60,472 bases of DNA, filler included, from Sphacelaria rigidula (GCA_964200075.2; 10 parts of 10 records of this genome joined end to end with filler, not necessarily neighbours in it); one strand, 5' to 3'; counted from the whole stretch's first letter, positions 1 to 12,592 are shown. Translations and numbers: made by a program. Notes: generated by a model not told the origin, from the sequence alone.

Positions 1-691
1 GGAACCAAATACAAGCGCAACGCAAGCGTGGAAGGATGTCTGACACACTTATGAGCCTTGTTTTTCGTGCAACCAAATACCCCCCCCTATTATCGTAGGA
101 TGACTCATCCGCTCCACATTCCAAGAAGGGGAAATCATTTTCACTCAATATTGAGTGATTTACGGGCTGACCGATCATCGGGGGTCCTGCCACGTTTCAG
201 CCTACATTCTCGCTCTTCTGTGTTTTCGGTTGATCAAAGCTGTCCCGATTATATTTATTGAAAAATATACAGTTTCATTTTTCTGGAATTCTTCCTACTC
301 AGTGCACTACGGCCGAAAAACTTTGTTTCACGGTAAAAAACACCCTCCTGATGAACGATGTATGTACTCGTTTCGCCCGATAACACCAACTAAGACTGAC
401 TTGGGCACTGTGTTTCGAAAGTGATCTGTGTTGTTGTACCAAAATCTACCGACGCTGACAATTTCGAGTTCTATCGAAGAGTAGTACACGAGGAAAACCT
501 CAAAACACCCCTAAATAGTCAGACCGCTCACTACTGTAGTGTGTGTGTGTATATATATATATATATGTCAAACGCATTCGACCACTCTCCGTAGTAATGC
601 ACGCGTACTTCTGCGGCTCCCTTTGAACCTTTTCCCAATCTGCACAGGCTCCGGCATCCATCGCGTCTGGATCTTTCTTAGAGCGTACACC

Positions 692-1052
692 ATACCTATG
701 ATACCCAATACATATCGACCGGCCGATACATTGGCACCCACGCAGACTCAATATAGATCGACCGGTCGATATATTCTCGTCAATGCGACTCTAATATATT
801 TTGGTCGTGCAATATGCTGTCGCCCACGCCGCCCCAATATATATTGACGGGACATTATGTGTTCAACCACACAGTACCAATACATATTGGGCGGGCAATA
901 TGTATGCAGTCTCACGACATCAATATATATTGGGCTCGCAATACGTTTGCAGTCCAAGGTTACCAATATATATTACGCCGGCAATATATCGCAAAATTCC
1001 AATATGATCGACTAATATATATTGGGAACATTTTGTATTGTCCAGGTTGTGG
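692..1052. repeat. Probable non-autonomous DNA element carrying a 43-bp-period array of CAATATATATTG palindromes
   Basis: Palindrome variants start at 706, 749, 792, 835, 878, 921, 964 (and 1013); right end ATTGTCCAGGTTGTG resembles the ...TCCAGGGTGTG termini near 9360, 12700 and 58470. Confidence 0.65.
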
Positions 1053-2369
1053 AAAGTTCGCAGGTAGCCGGTTGCAGCTACGCGTATGGCGACCGGTTCG
1101 TGTACTACGACCAGCGTGACGCCCGGGGTCATGCCGGAAGAGTTGCGACCCCCCCAACACGGGGATAGGTAGTCAGAGAGTTCATCTCGCACTTTTACAC
1201 GAAGTACTTGGAGTACAAGAAGCGTGTGCAGCCCGCTAATGCAGGGGGTGTGGTGCGGCATTAGGTGGTGTCAATGGCTCAACAAGTGCCAACATGTGCA
1301 GAAAGTGTTTGTTTGTTTGGAACATAAAAAGATCACAATCACCCCGCCGCAATTGGTTGCGGCAATCAAAAAGCATGCAGGGCATGCGGCGGGCACTTGT
1401 CACTGTTGTGGCCAGGTCGGCCATTACGCGCGCGATTGCCCAACGTGTTCCGGTGGAGAGTCTGGGCAGTTTCATGCCGCGCGCCATCAGCATCGTCAAC
1501 ACAAGGGCAAAGGACGAGGTACTCGGCGTGGCGGCGGTGGATCCTCCGGCGGTGGAGGGTAGCAGTCGAGTTCTCAGCAGTAGCAGCAGTAGTAGTAGTA
1601 GCAGCAGCAGCAGCAGCAGCAGCAGGGGTAGATGCATCAGCATGGATCTGGTTCTGGGTCCGGCGCCACTGTAGGTACTGCTGCTTCGCAACGGGCGGTG
1701 CAGGTGGGACCGATTCCTACCGTGTCGAACACGGCGCCGGCGCCGATGGTGGCACCGGCAGCAGCGCCAGGCGCGACGCCTGCCGTGCTGGTCGGAGGTT
1801 CGTCACATTCTTGGTCTACTGGCTAAGGGTCATATCCGCCGACGGTGCCGTTCGAACCTGCCAGGGCGTCTTTGCCTACGTAGTTTGCGCACCCGTGGCG
1901 TCAAGTGGGATCAGCGGCGCATCGGTCGGCGAATACGTTGCCAGTGGGGTTTGCGGACAGATACGTTCCTGCGGGCCTGTGTCTTCCAAATGAACGGGAG
2001 CGTGGCGCCATTGCGGTTCGGGCTAAGCGGGATTCACGCACACCCTTGGCAGGTCATGTGAGTCTATCGGTACAGATTGTATAGACGTTGAAGCGTCTTC
2101 TCCCGGGTATGCCGCTGCGCATTCCGTTTTCCCTCGGGGCGCGGCAGGCCGTCATCGCGTCGGGTCAGCATGTTTACGTCACAGAGCGTACTGTTCCGCT
2201 GCAGATGACTTTCACGACTTCCTGGGGGCCGGCGTAGTTGCCTCCGATCTCGTTTGCGATCATGCCGGGGTCGGATAGTGTTATTCTTCTGAGGTTGCCG
2301 ACGCTTCAGGATATTGGAGTCGACGCTCGGCGGTCGTGGGGCTCCATGAGGACGCGGATGTCTCCGCAT

Positions 2370-2618
2370 GACACTTTCTGCGATAGCCCCCCCCAAAACG
2401 TGCATGGTTTTGGGAGGCATAATTTCCACGTGAATCGAAATGGGAAAAGTCGAGCACAATGAGCAGCTGGGAATTCCAACACTTGGGTTCGTTCTAGCCA
2501 ATGTCGCCACTATGAAGCGCTTCATGCAGCCTGAACCCAAACATCAGGTGCTGTATGGCCATTTTTTTCGGGACACTTTTGGGCTGGTTTTGGGGGGGGG
2601 GCTATCGTAGAAAGTATC
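2370..2618 (+). mobile_element. ~249-bp MITE family A (TIR GACACTTTCT(A/G)CGATAGC(C)nAAAA), inserted in the gypsy element
   Basis: Inverted termini; closely similar copies at 45605-45853 and 46615-46863; absent from the homologous site in the contig-5 element; flanks GCAT/GCCT (degenerate 4-bp TSD). Confidence 0.9.
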
Positions 2619-4969
2619 GCCTGTTCCGCGCTTGGAGACGCCCGCCGTTTTGCGCTATAGTCACGTGAGCTTGTCGGTGGATACTTTTCAGGAGGCTGGA
2701 GAGCAGGTGACCGAGGGGCAAGATGTGGCGGTGGAACGATCGGTAGAGCGCGGCCCGGAGATGTTAATAATTCCGGCGGAAGTCCGCTCGGAAGATCGCG
2801 CTGCAGGAGAGCGCGACGAATGCTGGGGCGACAGGCCTCAGCGTCCTAGAAGCGGAGCGCCTGCGCTACATAGTGCATTGCCGCGTCAACGCGTTTCGTC
2901 GTGCGCTGCGGGGTGATCCCCCTGCGCGCGTGGAGCCCATGCGTGCTAAGTCAATACCTGGGGCGTCCGCGGCGAAGACGAAGCCGCGGCGGTACGATCC
3001 AGTGACGTCGAGTTGGTTGGCGTTGTGTGCGTGGCGGCTCTTTTGGCGCTGGGGTTGGTGTTACGGAATTTGGTGGCGGGGTGGTGCAGTCCAGCTATGG
3101 AGTTTCCGAAGAAAGCTACATCGTGGACAGAGAGCAGGCTGCAGGCGTGGGCGACAGCGAAGCATCTGGTGGCTCAAGCCGTGACACTGTTCCATCCTCG
3201 TCCTGATTGTCAGGTGTTTATATTCCCGTATGCATCTGAGTGCCATTGGGGTAGTTTGATCATGCGGGTGCCTACAGTTGAAATTCAAATGCCTGTGCGC
3301 GCTGTGGCTGTGTATGAATCGTGTGAACCCGATGACTCGATGTCGTCCAAATCTGTCGTCCGCCAAGAGCAACGAAAAGACCACGGGGCCGAAGATGCGG
3401 ACGTACAATCTTTCGAGTCGGACGTTGGTACTACTATCTTGGACAATGAAGGTCTGTTCCGTGTGCATGTGCATGGCCGAAACGTTTTGTGGGTTCCAAG
3501 CTCCGACAAGAAGTTGCAGATACGTCTGATGATTCGCGCGCACATGCGCGATGCCGGGTATCATGGTGTGGCTGTGACGCTCGTGCGCTTGCAAGAGGTT
3601 TGTGTCTGTCAGGGGATAGAAACTCATGTGCGCGAATTTGTCCGCCAGTGTCTTCCCTGTGCTGATTCGAGGGCGGACGATGTTGTTCCCCGTCCGCTCG
3701 GCGAAACGGTTCATGGGACCACGCCAAGTGAAGTCGTTCATTTTGACTTCCTGTACGTGGGCGAGAGTGGCCCGCCAGCTTCCCAAGGTTTGTTGGAGGA
3801 TGCTGGGTTCCGATAGAGTTTTGGAATCATGGATGATTTGAGCAACTTCGTGGCTCTGGAACCAGTAGCAGTGTGTAATGCTGAATCGAATGCTACATCT
3901 TTGCTAACTGATGCAAAACTTCGGGGGTGCCGCGTGTGTGGGTGAGTGATACCGCCACGCATTTCAAGAATGCGACCTTGGCCCGATTGCGAGAGGCTTC
4001 GCGCATTGATCACAAGTTTGCGGTGGCGTATTTTCTGTGATGTAACGGCACGTGCTAACGCATTGTCAAGGAAGTAGTTTGTGCTCTTCGCTCTGTACTT
4101 CTCGAGCGGTGTAGAGCGGTTTCTGAGTGGGTGGGCGCGTTGTCTGCGGTGCAATGGGCGCTAAATACAGCGTATCGTCGTTCGTACGATAGTACGTCGT
4201 ACAACGTGATGTTTGGTCGTGCTCCTCGGACGTCTTTCTCGGTGCTGGCGTCTTCGTCGGCGGGGGAATGGAAAGGTGATGTTTTGGACGATGTTCGAAT
4301 TGAGCGTGCACTGCAAGGAGTCTTGGACTTGCAAGAACGTTCCCACGTTCAAGTGCAGGAACATGTTGCCGTGGAACGTGCGCGTAGACGTGAGCGGTCC
4401 TCGTCGGAGGTGGGAATGCCGAATTTTGAGGTAGGCGACTATGTATTGTATGCACGCATGCGTCGTCTGGGTGTTACGCCCAAGTTGATGGCGACGTGGA
4501 CTGGTCCGTGGAGAGTGGTTGGGGCTCACCACCCGCACGTGTTTGAGATTCAGAACATTGTTTCGGGTCGTGTTCAGACCGCCCATGTAGCTCGTTTGGG
4601 TTTTTATGCAGACTCGCAGTTTAATGTTACGGCTGACCTTAAGGACGTGTTCCAGCATGCTTTCAATCAGGGGCAATGTCAAATGACTGGTGTTGTCCGG
4701 GTGGCAGAAGCAGACGATCGTTCGTTGATCGTGTTGGTCGAGTGGGTTGGTTTCGAAGTTGAGGAGCGGACGTGAGAGCCTTTCAAATATATTTTTGAGG
4801 CCGCTCCGGAATTTCTTGCGAAGAAGTTGCGTAAATTGCGCGTGACTCGTGCCGTCGCTTCTCGCATTTCGAGTGAGTATGGTATTCAATTGTGACGTGC
4901 TCATCGTTTTGGCGTTTTTCATGTGTCAAGCTTGTTAATCGATTTTCGTCCAACGCGCTTTCGGGGTGC

Positions 4970-5230
4970 TGTGACGAAAATACGCCGTTACGTTGTGTTC
5001 GTAGTGATGACATGAATAGTGACCGGGGGCACGGGGATTATGGAGGGTTCTGGATGATGACCGGGGACGCGGAGATGATACCCTGCGGGTCTAAAAACCC
5101 TGGTGCCCTGAAAGATCACTCCTGAAAAATGAGAATGTTGTAAAGGTTGACAACTGAACCTGAGGCCAGTAAGACTCGGGAGTCCCTGAACAGCAGTGAT
5201 CCACCAGCCCTTCTTCTGGCTGGCGTCACA
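4970..5230 (+). repeat. 3' LTR of contig-1 gypsy element
   Basis: TGTGACG...CGTCACA 7-bp inverted termini, preceded by G-rich tract; shares CTGAA(A)CCTGAGGCCAGT with LTR at 29580-29838. Confidence 0.85.
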
Positions 5231-5328
5231 AACCGCAGCCGAGCTCTGGCAAACGATCACGGAGGCAATTCTATCGCGAACTCAGTACATAGTGTGGGTT
5301 GTAGATAGTTGGGAATAGTCATAGTTTG

Positions 5329-5538
5329 TGTAACGCGTGAGAGGATCGCGTGCTTGGAGAATCGCGTCGTAGTTCGAAACACCTCAGGATCGACATTTTT
5401 CAAAATTAATCAAGCCAGGTCCTGTAGGGACCACGCCCCTGATTCTGACCCCAACACTAACCCAAACCCTAAATGTAACTATAGCGGTGTTCAAATTCAG
5501 ATGCGGTCCTCCAAGCATGCTGTCCTCTCACGCATACA
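5329..5538 (+). mobile_element. ~210-bp MITE family T (TGT...ACA termini, internal degenerate CCCTAA repeats)
   Basis: TIR TGTAA(C/T)GCGTGAGAGGA / TCCTCTCACGCATACA; homologous to both halves of 37163-37551. Confidence 0.8.
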
Positions 5539-5958
5539 CTCCCCCGCCCTGTCGTAGCATGACTCAAATGGTTACAAGCGATCGGCTTCCTGCGGTTGCC
5601 CTCGCAACACAAGCACTGTGCTGAACACTTTTCAATTCTCGGCTAATCCATCCCTACCTGAACACTCAATCGCTACTTACTCATCGCCTTTGCTAGCAAT
5701 TGATCAAAATCTCTGATCAAACAAACCTTGACACGTACTATGGAACAAAATCCATTCCACCAAATAGCCGGCAAGCATACCAATCGTAGTAGCAAGGTGT
5801 CGACACTCTAGAAAAGCGACACTGGCCGCACCGATGAGACGAGATATCATTTGCAGCGACATATGATGCACCACGATACTACAGTACAAACAGGGTTGCC
5901 AGAAAAATGAAAACGTATTTTGAAATGAGAATCAATCGCTCCCCGGGATTGTGTCCAT

Positions 5959-6058
5959 NNNNNNNNNNNNNNNNNNNNNNNNNNNNNNNNNNNNNNNNNN
6001 NNTTAATTAATTAANNNNNNNNNNNNNNNNNNNNNNNNNNNNNNNNNNNNNNNNNNNN
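5959..6058. other. Artificial contig spacer (44N-TTAATTAATTAA-44N); repeated at 12017-12116, 18074-18173, 24131-24230, 30188-30287, 36245-36344, 42302-42401, 48359-48458, 54416-54515
   Basis: Identical 100-nt linker with stops in all six frames, between segments of nearly identical length (5958/5957 bp), i.e. length-sorted concatenated contigs. Confidence 0.98.
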
Positions 6059-6930
6059 CCCTCCTGACCCCCTGACCCCCTAACCCCCTATAGGGTTGGC
6101 GTCGGTCGGCGATGGCACTGTAGAACATGACACTCCCTGCGTAAGCTAGGCAACCAGCTTCCCGATTTGTTTGTGCGCTTGCGTTTGTTTTTGCGCGCTT
6201 GCGTACTTTTTTCGGTAACCGTGATGGTGGTCGAGCTAGATCATATTGTGCGAGGTGGGAGAACCTCAACTCCGTGCAAAGGAGATGATCGTCTACGTAG
6301 TGTTTTAGATGGGGAGACACCCATCAGGCATTGCAAGCCGTGGTTGTCTCTGGAAGTGGCGATACCAGAAAATGAAGCAACTTTCTGGAGGCTGCCATCC
6401 AAATGCGAGATGAGTAGTAGGCTTCGGGCGGAACAGTCTTAGCAGGATGCAGCTCACTCTTCATGCGACTCGCCGAACACACCACGGCGCTNNNNNNNNN
6501 AATGGTCTGATGACTATGGCATGCATGATCATGAGTACACCCCCCGCCCCCTCCCCGTTTGATGAGTACAGGTGTAGTTGCGGGGGAGATTTCAGTCCTC
6601 AGTACTCCCCGGGGCAAGTTGTTGTTGGAAAGTCACGCCAATATTGTTTTCAAAAGATTTATTTCATAACCAGACGAGTGCACTTTACTCTGCTGTGGTG
6701 TACTACAGCAAGTATACACTGTACTGTGTTGTACTCTACTGTACTCTACTGTACTCTACTGCACCCTACTTTACTGTACCGTCAATTCTCGTCGTACCGT
6801 AAAGTAAGATGTCGGGGAGGGGGGTTGTTGTCTGTGTCGTACTACTCTGTGCTGTCTACAATGAGGGTGCTTCACCCCCCCTCCCCCCCACCCCCGTCTT
6901 CCCCTCTCTCCCCCTAAAACCGCACTCCAG

Positions 6931-7351
6931 TCCCAACGCGACTCAATGCTAGAGGTTATGATATGGCTGCTAAGACGCGATCTGATCGTGCAGCTCGGCT
7001 GTTACATCTCTCTCCTCATCCCGGATCCCGCAACCTCGACCACGGCCACGGGCGCCGCAGGCGCCGCCGAAGAGAGCACCAGCAGTAGTGTGGCAATCAC
7101 TCGTGAGCTGAGCGGAGACAGCGGCTTTGGAGGTAGTGTGACAACGTATGGGAGTACTGGAGGTGTTGGTGGGGCAGGAGGGGGCAATACGCGCGGGTGG
7201 GACGGATATGACAATTCTTACTCTTCCACGGGAAGTGGTGTGGGGTTGGCCCAAAGGGCGGCGGAAGCACGGAGTGGAGTGGGTGGGGGAGGAGCGGGGG
7301 GCTCGGGGGGCGCGGGGGAAGGGGATGCACCGTCACTGCGGCCTTTTGAAG
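6931..7351 (+). CDS. NPRL3: GATOR1 subunit NPRL3-like, internal exon (gene is 5'-partial)
   Basis: cag| acceptor, SQRDSMLEVMIWLLRRDLIVQLGCYISLLIP matches the NPRL3 motif (MVVWMLQRRLLIQLHTYV), then a Gly/Ser-rich insert; phase-1 donor G|GTGCGC. Confidence 0.8.
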
Positions 7352-7593
7352 GTGCGCGTGTGTGTTGTGTGTGCATTTGCGTTCGTGTACGAGTGTGTGT
7401 GTGTGTGTGTGTGTGTGTGTATTTTTTGTTGCTCCACCTGTTTGATCGTGATGTGGGGAGTAGGGTGGGTCATTTTTTGTTTTTTGTCGTCATTTACAAT
7501 ATATGTAACACATCCTGGACAATAGATTACATTGTCAAGAAGTGTACTGCGTACGGTTTTTTTTTGTCGCACTTTGAACGCCTCCTCTTCCTC

Positions 7594-7760
7594 GGGACGA
7601 GTCCGTGGTCCCAAGAGATCAACCCGATTCTCCCCAGTACACGCCTAACATTTTGGTCTCGCGGATTGGGTCAGCAGTGCCGCACCGCGTTAACTCTCAT
7701 CAACCAAACCTCAGTCAACTACTTTATTTACTCACGTTCTCACGCTTTCCACGGTGGAAA
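7594..7760 (+). repeat. Interspersed repeat family (copies at ~34940-35100 minus, ~55295-55500 minus, partial ~11960-11997)
   Basis: Shared GGGACGAGTCCGTGGTC(C/T)CAAG...CATTTTGGTC...GGATTGG...CTCACG blocks on four different contigs. Confidence 0.75.
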
Positions 7761-7784
7761 TCAGATACTACGGAGAAAACACCC

Positions 7785-7860
7785 AACGCATCGGGAATGC
7801 AACCCTCGTTCTCTCCACCCGAAAGGCGACAGTCGGACCATTACACCACCGGGGCTCGAC
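7785..7860 (-). repeat. tRNA-derived SINE-like head (similar degenerate heads ~16225-16292 minus, ~16585-16652 plus, ~35877-35950 plus)
   Basis: A-box-like GGTGGTGTAATGG and B-box-like GGTTGCATTCCC, but no intact cloverleaf. Confidence 0.45.
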
Positions 7861-8817
7861 AGTATGATATCGTATGTCTATTGCAATCGACGCGATGGTT
7901 GATACTGTACGCAGTACACTTTTTTGACAATGTGATATTTTGTCGTACTTCATTTTTGTCCAACCAACAAAAGAACAAAAGTCGATTTCGATGCGATCGA
8001 TCAAGCAATTAATCTATCGAAAGTCAGCTTCGCGCTGTCAAGATGTGTTCGTAGACGGAGCATATTGAAAAGGATGCTAGATCTGGCGCGTTCAAGAGAC
8101 AAGAATGCTAATCCCTCTTGAACGTCGAACGCCGAAGTGATGCGTGCGCGTGAGTGAGCACCACGACGAAACGGTTACCTTTTGAACTTGAGTATGAATC
8201 ATGAGATTTCGTTTTACGCGCATCATCTTGTGGCAAAATGTCTTACTTCCAAGCCATTGTCCCGTGATACCGATGTCCCTTCGAATCCCCATCCCACCCC
8301 GGCCCCTCTTTAGAAAAGGGGTAGTAGTACAATAGTTGGTGATGGAGTGAACCTGGATCCCAAACGCCTCGTGGAGGGAAAATCATTTTTTTCTTATTTC
8401 TAGGAATTCAAGAACTGGTTCAACCTAGACGGGGGAAATAAATCTGTCTTCAAAAGTAGATTTTTGCTAGCGTGGAGTCACCCCCAGAAATCGAGAACTG
8501 ATTGTTGAACCCAAGTTCCTTCAAATTGATACGTGCGAGCCTGCACCTCGGGGATCTGTCTGTGATACCAACGGTCAGTTGGGCTGAAAGGATCAGGTTT
8601 GAATCTCCTTACGACAAAAGTCGTTTTGAGCATAAGGGCGCGAGCGATACGAAAAAAACAGTCGACGAGACTCGATGCCTTGCGGGAGTGGTCATGATCC
8701 CATCCGCGACATCAACAATGTAAGGCAGGTATATTCCGGGGAGGAAATGTGCTGATCCCCCCTGAGACTACCACGTACGGACTCGTCCGCAGGAAAGGGA
8801 GGGAATAAAAATATGAC

Positions 8818-8857
<40 letters not shown>

Positions 8858-10179
8858 AGATCGCCATTTGGGCACGTGCGGAGAGATTTCCTTTTATGAC
8901 GTGTAACCTAGTGAACGGCGGTTACAGGGGTAAGTTCGCAGGAGCCCCGAAACTTCCATACCTGCACAGCCGGATCTGGGACCCCAAGGTAACAGGGATC
9001 TTCCCAGCGAACTGCTGATAATCCCTGGGGATAACTCTTGACCAAGACTTTCAGACTTCGTCATCGGGCTAACTCGCTCGCGCTCGTCGAGCTTCCCCGA
9101 GTAATCCACTTTGCCTCAACCCCACGACTTACGGTCAATCCTTGACTACATAACCCGAGGAAAATCATCGGCCACCTCCGACGGTTGCCGCCGTCACCGG
9201 GAGTTTCACGACTTCCACATTGGCTATGTCATCCTGGACAATGGATTGTTTCTTTTGCCGAAAAATGTACTGCGTACAGTGTGGAATCTATTGTCCGTTT
9301 CAATAGGCGCAATAGTCAATACTGCACCTAGTACACTCTTGTATTGTTTATTCTATCGTCCAGGGTGTGATATATATGTAGATAGATATATTAATACGTG
9401 CATGCGTGTACGTGACGAAAATATATATATTATTGAATACATTCCTACACTTATGTACTGTAAATTGGCCGATGATGATTATTCGGTTGTCGTATACTTC
9501 CGAGGTAATCCGCTACGACACGTTAGCCGCCGTAGTCACAGGGAATACGTACGCGCGCAAGTATTTGCTGATTTTCTTTGTGCTCGGGCTACTTGAGTTT
9601 GCGTATATATACATGATGCCCACGTACACCGTCGGAAAGCCTCTCAAGATTGTACTCGCTGGGTGGAGAGTCCCTGTGTCTGTGAGGGTACTGTACTCGC
9701 TATGTGAAGGTGGTACCTCAGGTGGGACATCTGAAACTGATGCGTCATTTTTTAGGTGGATCCACCTGGGCGATAAAAGGGTTGACACGGTCATGATCCA
9801 CAATACGTAATCCATTAGGCACTACACATGGGACAGTCCGAAAAAAAACACAAGATGAACTCACCCTGTAATTGGTTTCCAAAAAATGCGGAGTGAGCCA
9901 ACAGCAAAGTCAGTTCAAGCCAAGAGATTCACGATACAGGGTAATGGAGTACTGCAGGTAGCTACGAGACATGAGAGCGGTGGTGAACCAGGATCGAACT
10001 TATTGCTCTCTAAATCACTGCCTCATGGCGAGATGAACTCATCGTGTTGAATCACTCGTGTGAGAAGCTCAATGTTTATACATATGCATGAGTGCTTTAT
10101 CGTTCAAGTTGGAAACAAAAATACAACAGACAAGGAGCAAGGCTTCAACAGCAACGCACCCCCCCCCCTCCCCACGACG

Positions 10180-10570
10180 GACAAAAGTGCCTTTGTGGCA
10201 AAGTAATAGAGAGCAGAGGTCATATAGTGGCAGAATGTGAATTTTACAAGGAGGAATGGGACGTGCTGGAGGGGGAAATGCGACACGTGAACGAAGGTGG
10301 CATGAAATCGTTTGATGCATCAGACATTAGGGAAAAACCATTGCTGTACTAGGAGATGGATGGTGGCCAGAGACGGTGAAACAGGACGGCGATAAGATAT
10401 GTAAAAGTTTTTTGTGTAATGTATGAAAGAAACATAATGAGCTATGGAATAAATGTAGTGAGCGCCGGAATGTTGGAAGTGTCTCTATTAGGAGGAGGAA
10501 TGGTGCTCCGTCTCGGAAGGCATGCGTGGACAATGGTCACACGACTAAGGCAAGCAACAAATGAGTACGC
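10180..10570 (+). mobile_element. 3' end of a non-LTR retrotransposon (LINE) with C-terminal CCHC zinc finger; same 3' end on the minus strand at the starts of contigs 6 (30288-30345) and 10 (54516-54563)
   Basis: KCLCGKVIESRGHIVAECEFY is a LINE ORF2 C-terminal Cys/His motif; terminal ATGCGTGG(A/T)CAATGGTC...GACTAAGGC shared by three contigs. Confidence 0.65.
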
Positions 10571-10608
10571 CCTTCCCCCCACTATCTCCCTTTCTCTCCC
10601 TTGATCAG

Positions 10609-10699
10609 ATGAGTATCTTCGAGAGCACCAGCGGAGACCAGATGAAACCAAAATTATGCGAAAGCTCGCACCACTCTTGAGGGGCAAGCTTCGACTCAG
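10609..10699 (+). CDS. NPRL3: NPRL3-like penultimate exon
   Basis: Polypyrimidine + cag acceptor; (D)EYLREHQRRPDETKIMRKLAPLLRGKLRL resembles LFARLLHYFRGRHHL; phases 1 and 2 fit both neighbouring exons. Confidence 0.8.
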
Positions 10700-11140
10700 G
10701 TAGCCGACCCTCCATGCGTGGTGTGCTCAAAGCAAGCAGCAGTCTCGTTGTGTGCACCGTGGGTTACGACGTACATCAGCAATATGTTGCATACCACCCC
10801 CATTGAACTAACAGCCCCCGGTGATAATTTTGCGGTTATATTTGGCTCGTGATCACACTGCGGTGTTTGTTCCATGGTGCGCTTTTTACTACTGTCACCA
10901 TTGCAGGATCACCATGGTGCGCTCTTTACTGCTGCATTTATATTTTGTCGTACATCCTGTCGTGTTCGTTTCTTCTATTCCTTTGCTTTCATTCTTGATT
11001 TTGTTGCAGGACCACCACGGTACGCTTTTCAGTACTAAGTTCATATTTTCCCTTCACCCTCCCGTACTTCTTCCTCATTTTCATTTACCTGAATTTGTTT
11101 GGGTTTATTATTTTCTCTCCTTTTTTTTTTGCAAACACAG

Positions 11141-11300
11141 GGAAGTACTGTGGCTTGCTCGGATGGACGATGCGGCGGAGGTGAAAGCCGTCCTGAAAAG
11201 ATACGAGGCTGTCTTGGTAGAGTCGTGGTTTCCCATCAGGAACAGCGACAGGCCGCCCAATAACAGTGCTGGGGGCGTGTTTCTAGTACGTGACGTGTAA
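11141..11300 (+). CDS. NPRL3: NPRL3-like terminal exon
   Basis: Poly-T + cag acceptor, phase 2; EVLWLARMDDAAEVKAVLKRYEAVLVESW resembles the NPRL3 C-terminus (EEIMY...LFDKFRSVLV); TAA stop. Confidence 0.8.
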
Positions 11301-11420
11301 AGCAAATCGGTACAATTAGGCTGGGGGATTGATGGACAAAGTACAGCAGGAAGACTCGAGTGAACCATCAAGATTCAATCCTAGGTGGAAAGTCATGGGC
11401 CTCGTACGTGTACCAGATGG

Positions 11421-11463
<43 letters not shown>

Positions 11464-12269
11464 CGTCTTCACATTAAAACCGTTCCGATATCTGCGCAGT
11501 ACTCTATCACGGGGCATCTGATGCGGACGCCTCCCGTGGTCACAGGCTCACTAACTGATGACGGACAAAACAATTATACATGTTTTCGGGTAGGTGAACA
11601 TGGGGCACCAAACGATGGACAATACTCTGTAGGTCATGCGGACACAAAGATATCGATGTCGCCCATACGAACGGTGAACGAGTATGATCGAGCGTGATGA
11701 GAAACACGCTAGAGGGTATTCGTACGATAGCCGGTTCACGTAGCAGGCTGAACGAGAGATGTTTTTTTTTCGCTTGTCTTGTGTCCAATCGACGTAGTGA
11801 TGTGTCGTCAGACAGCTGGAATTAGGTTGAGCTGGACTGGGTTGGAGGGCGGGGGAACGATAGACCCTATTTTGTAGTGGGCCATCAGTTGATTGTGTGT
11901 GTGTGTATGTGTGTGTGTGTTTCTTACTCACACTTTGAACCCCCCCCCATCCCCGTTTTAAGTCCGTGGTCTCAAGGGCTCAACCCATCTCCCCCCCGCT
12001 ACGTCCTTTTTATTTTNNNNNNNNNNNNNNNNNNNNNNNNNNNNNNNNNNNNNNNNNNNNTTAATTAATTAANNNNNNNNNNNNNNNNNNNNNNNNNNNN
12101 NNNNNNNNNNNNNNNNTGATTTTCTCTTTACTTTTTTTTTTTTTGTCACGAGTTAGTCTGCTGTGTCGTTCTGTTCGACCCCTCTTTTTTTTTTCTGTTC
12201 CTTTTTTTTCTGTTCCTTTTTTTCCTTAGAGCGTGTTTGAATTCTGTTTTTCTTGGGTACGTACGTCTA

Positions 12270-12340
12270 TCATGAGACCACGGCTGGACCCCTGGGGGGT
12301 CAGGTAAAGTGCGACAATCAATCAATCAATCAATCAATCA
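12270..12340 (+). repeat. Retroposon 3' end with (ATCA)n tail; reverse copy at ~40350-40450
   Basis: GACCACGGCTGGACCCCTG...AAAGTGCGA followed by AATC repeats, present in contigs 3 and 7. Confidence 0.65.
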
Positions 12341-12592
12341 GTGCTTCGGCTTCTCAGACCTGTTGTCACGTATCATGTGTTCTTAGACAAGGGGTCTGAG
12401 GGTGCTCTTCGATTAATTACTTCAAGTAGTTCATGAGTTGTCCTAAGTGTGGATGAATCCGATAAATCCATCATTCCGAACTTTACGTTGGGTGTGGCAC
12501 CCTTGACCATGCCGTTTACATTCGCCAAAGCAACGGCATAGCTTGTGACTTTCAGCTGTGCAAGGTTCCAAGCCAGCTCGGAAAAATACCGC

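Larger units (their letters stand above)
1053..5230 (+). mobile_element. Decayed, internally deleted chromodomain-type Ty3/gypsy LTR retrotransposon (same family as 24231-29838)
   Basis: Gag CCHC knuckle CHCCGQVGHYARDC (~1400-1440); integrase zinc-finger H..H..C..C, VVHFDFLY, WVSD and WTGPWRV motifs; chromo-like LVEWVGFEVEERT; colinear with the contig-5 copy; 3' LTR present; many stops and frameshifts. Confidence 0.93.

Noticed and set aside
706..1024. CRISPR array
   Set aside because: Repeats are only 12 bp and degenerate, spacers share a half-site and are mutually related, no cas genes, eukaryotic context
6003..6014. TTAATTAATTAA as a biological repeat or PacI/piggyBac site
   Set aside because: Always centred in exactly 88 Ns; an artificial linker
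7352..7902. C-terminal half of the 318-aa ORF 6946-7902
   Set aside because: Read-through past the GT donor at 7352 into intron with (TG)n and interspersed repeats
8720..9220. Solo LTR (also ~30536-31210)
   Set aside because: Starts with TG but no convincing inverted terminus, TSD or second copy found
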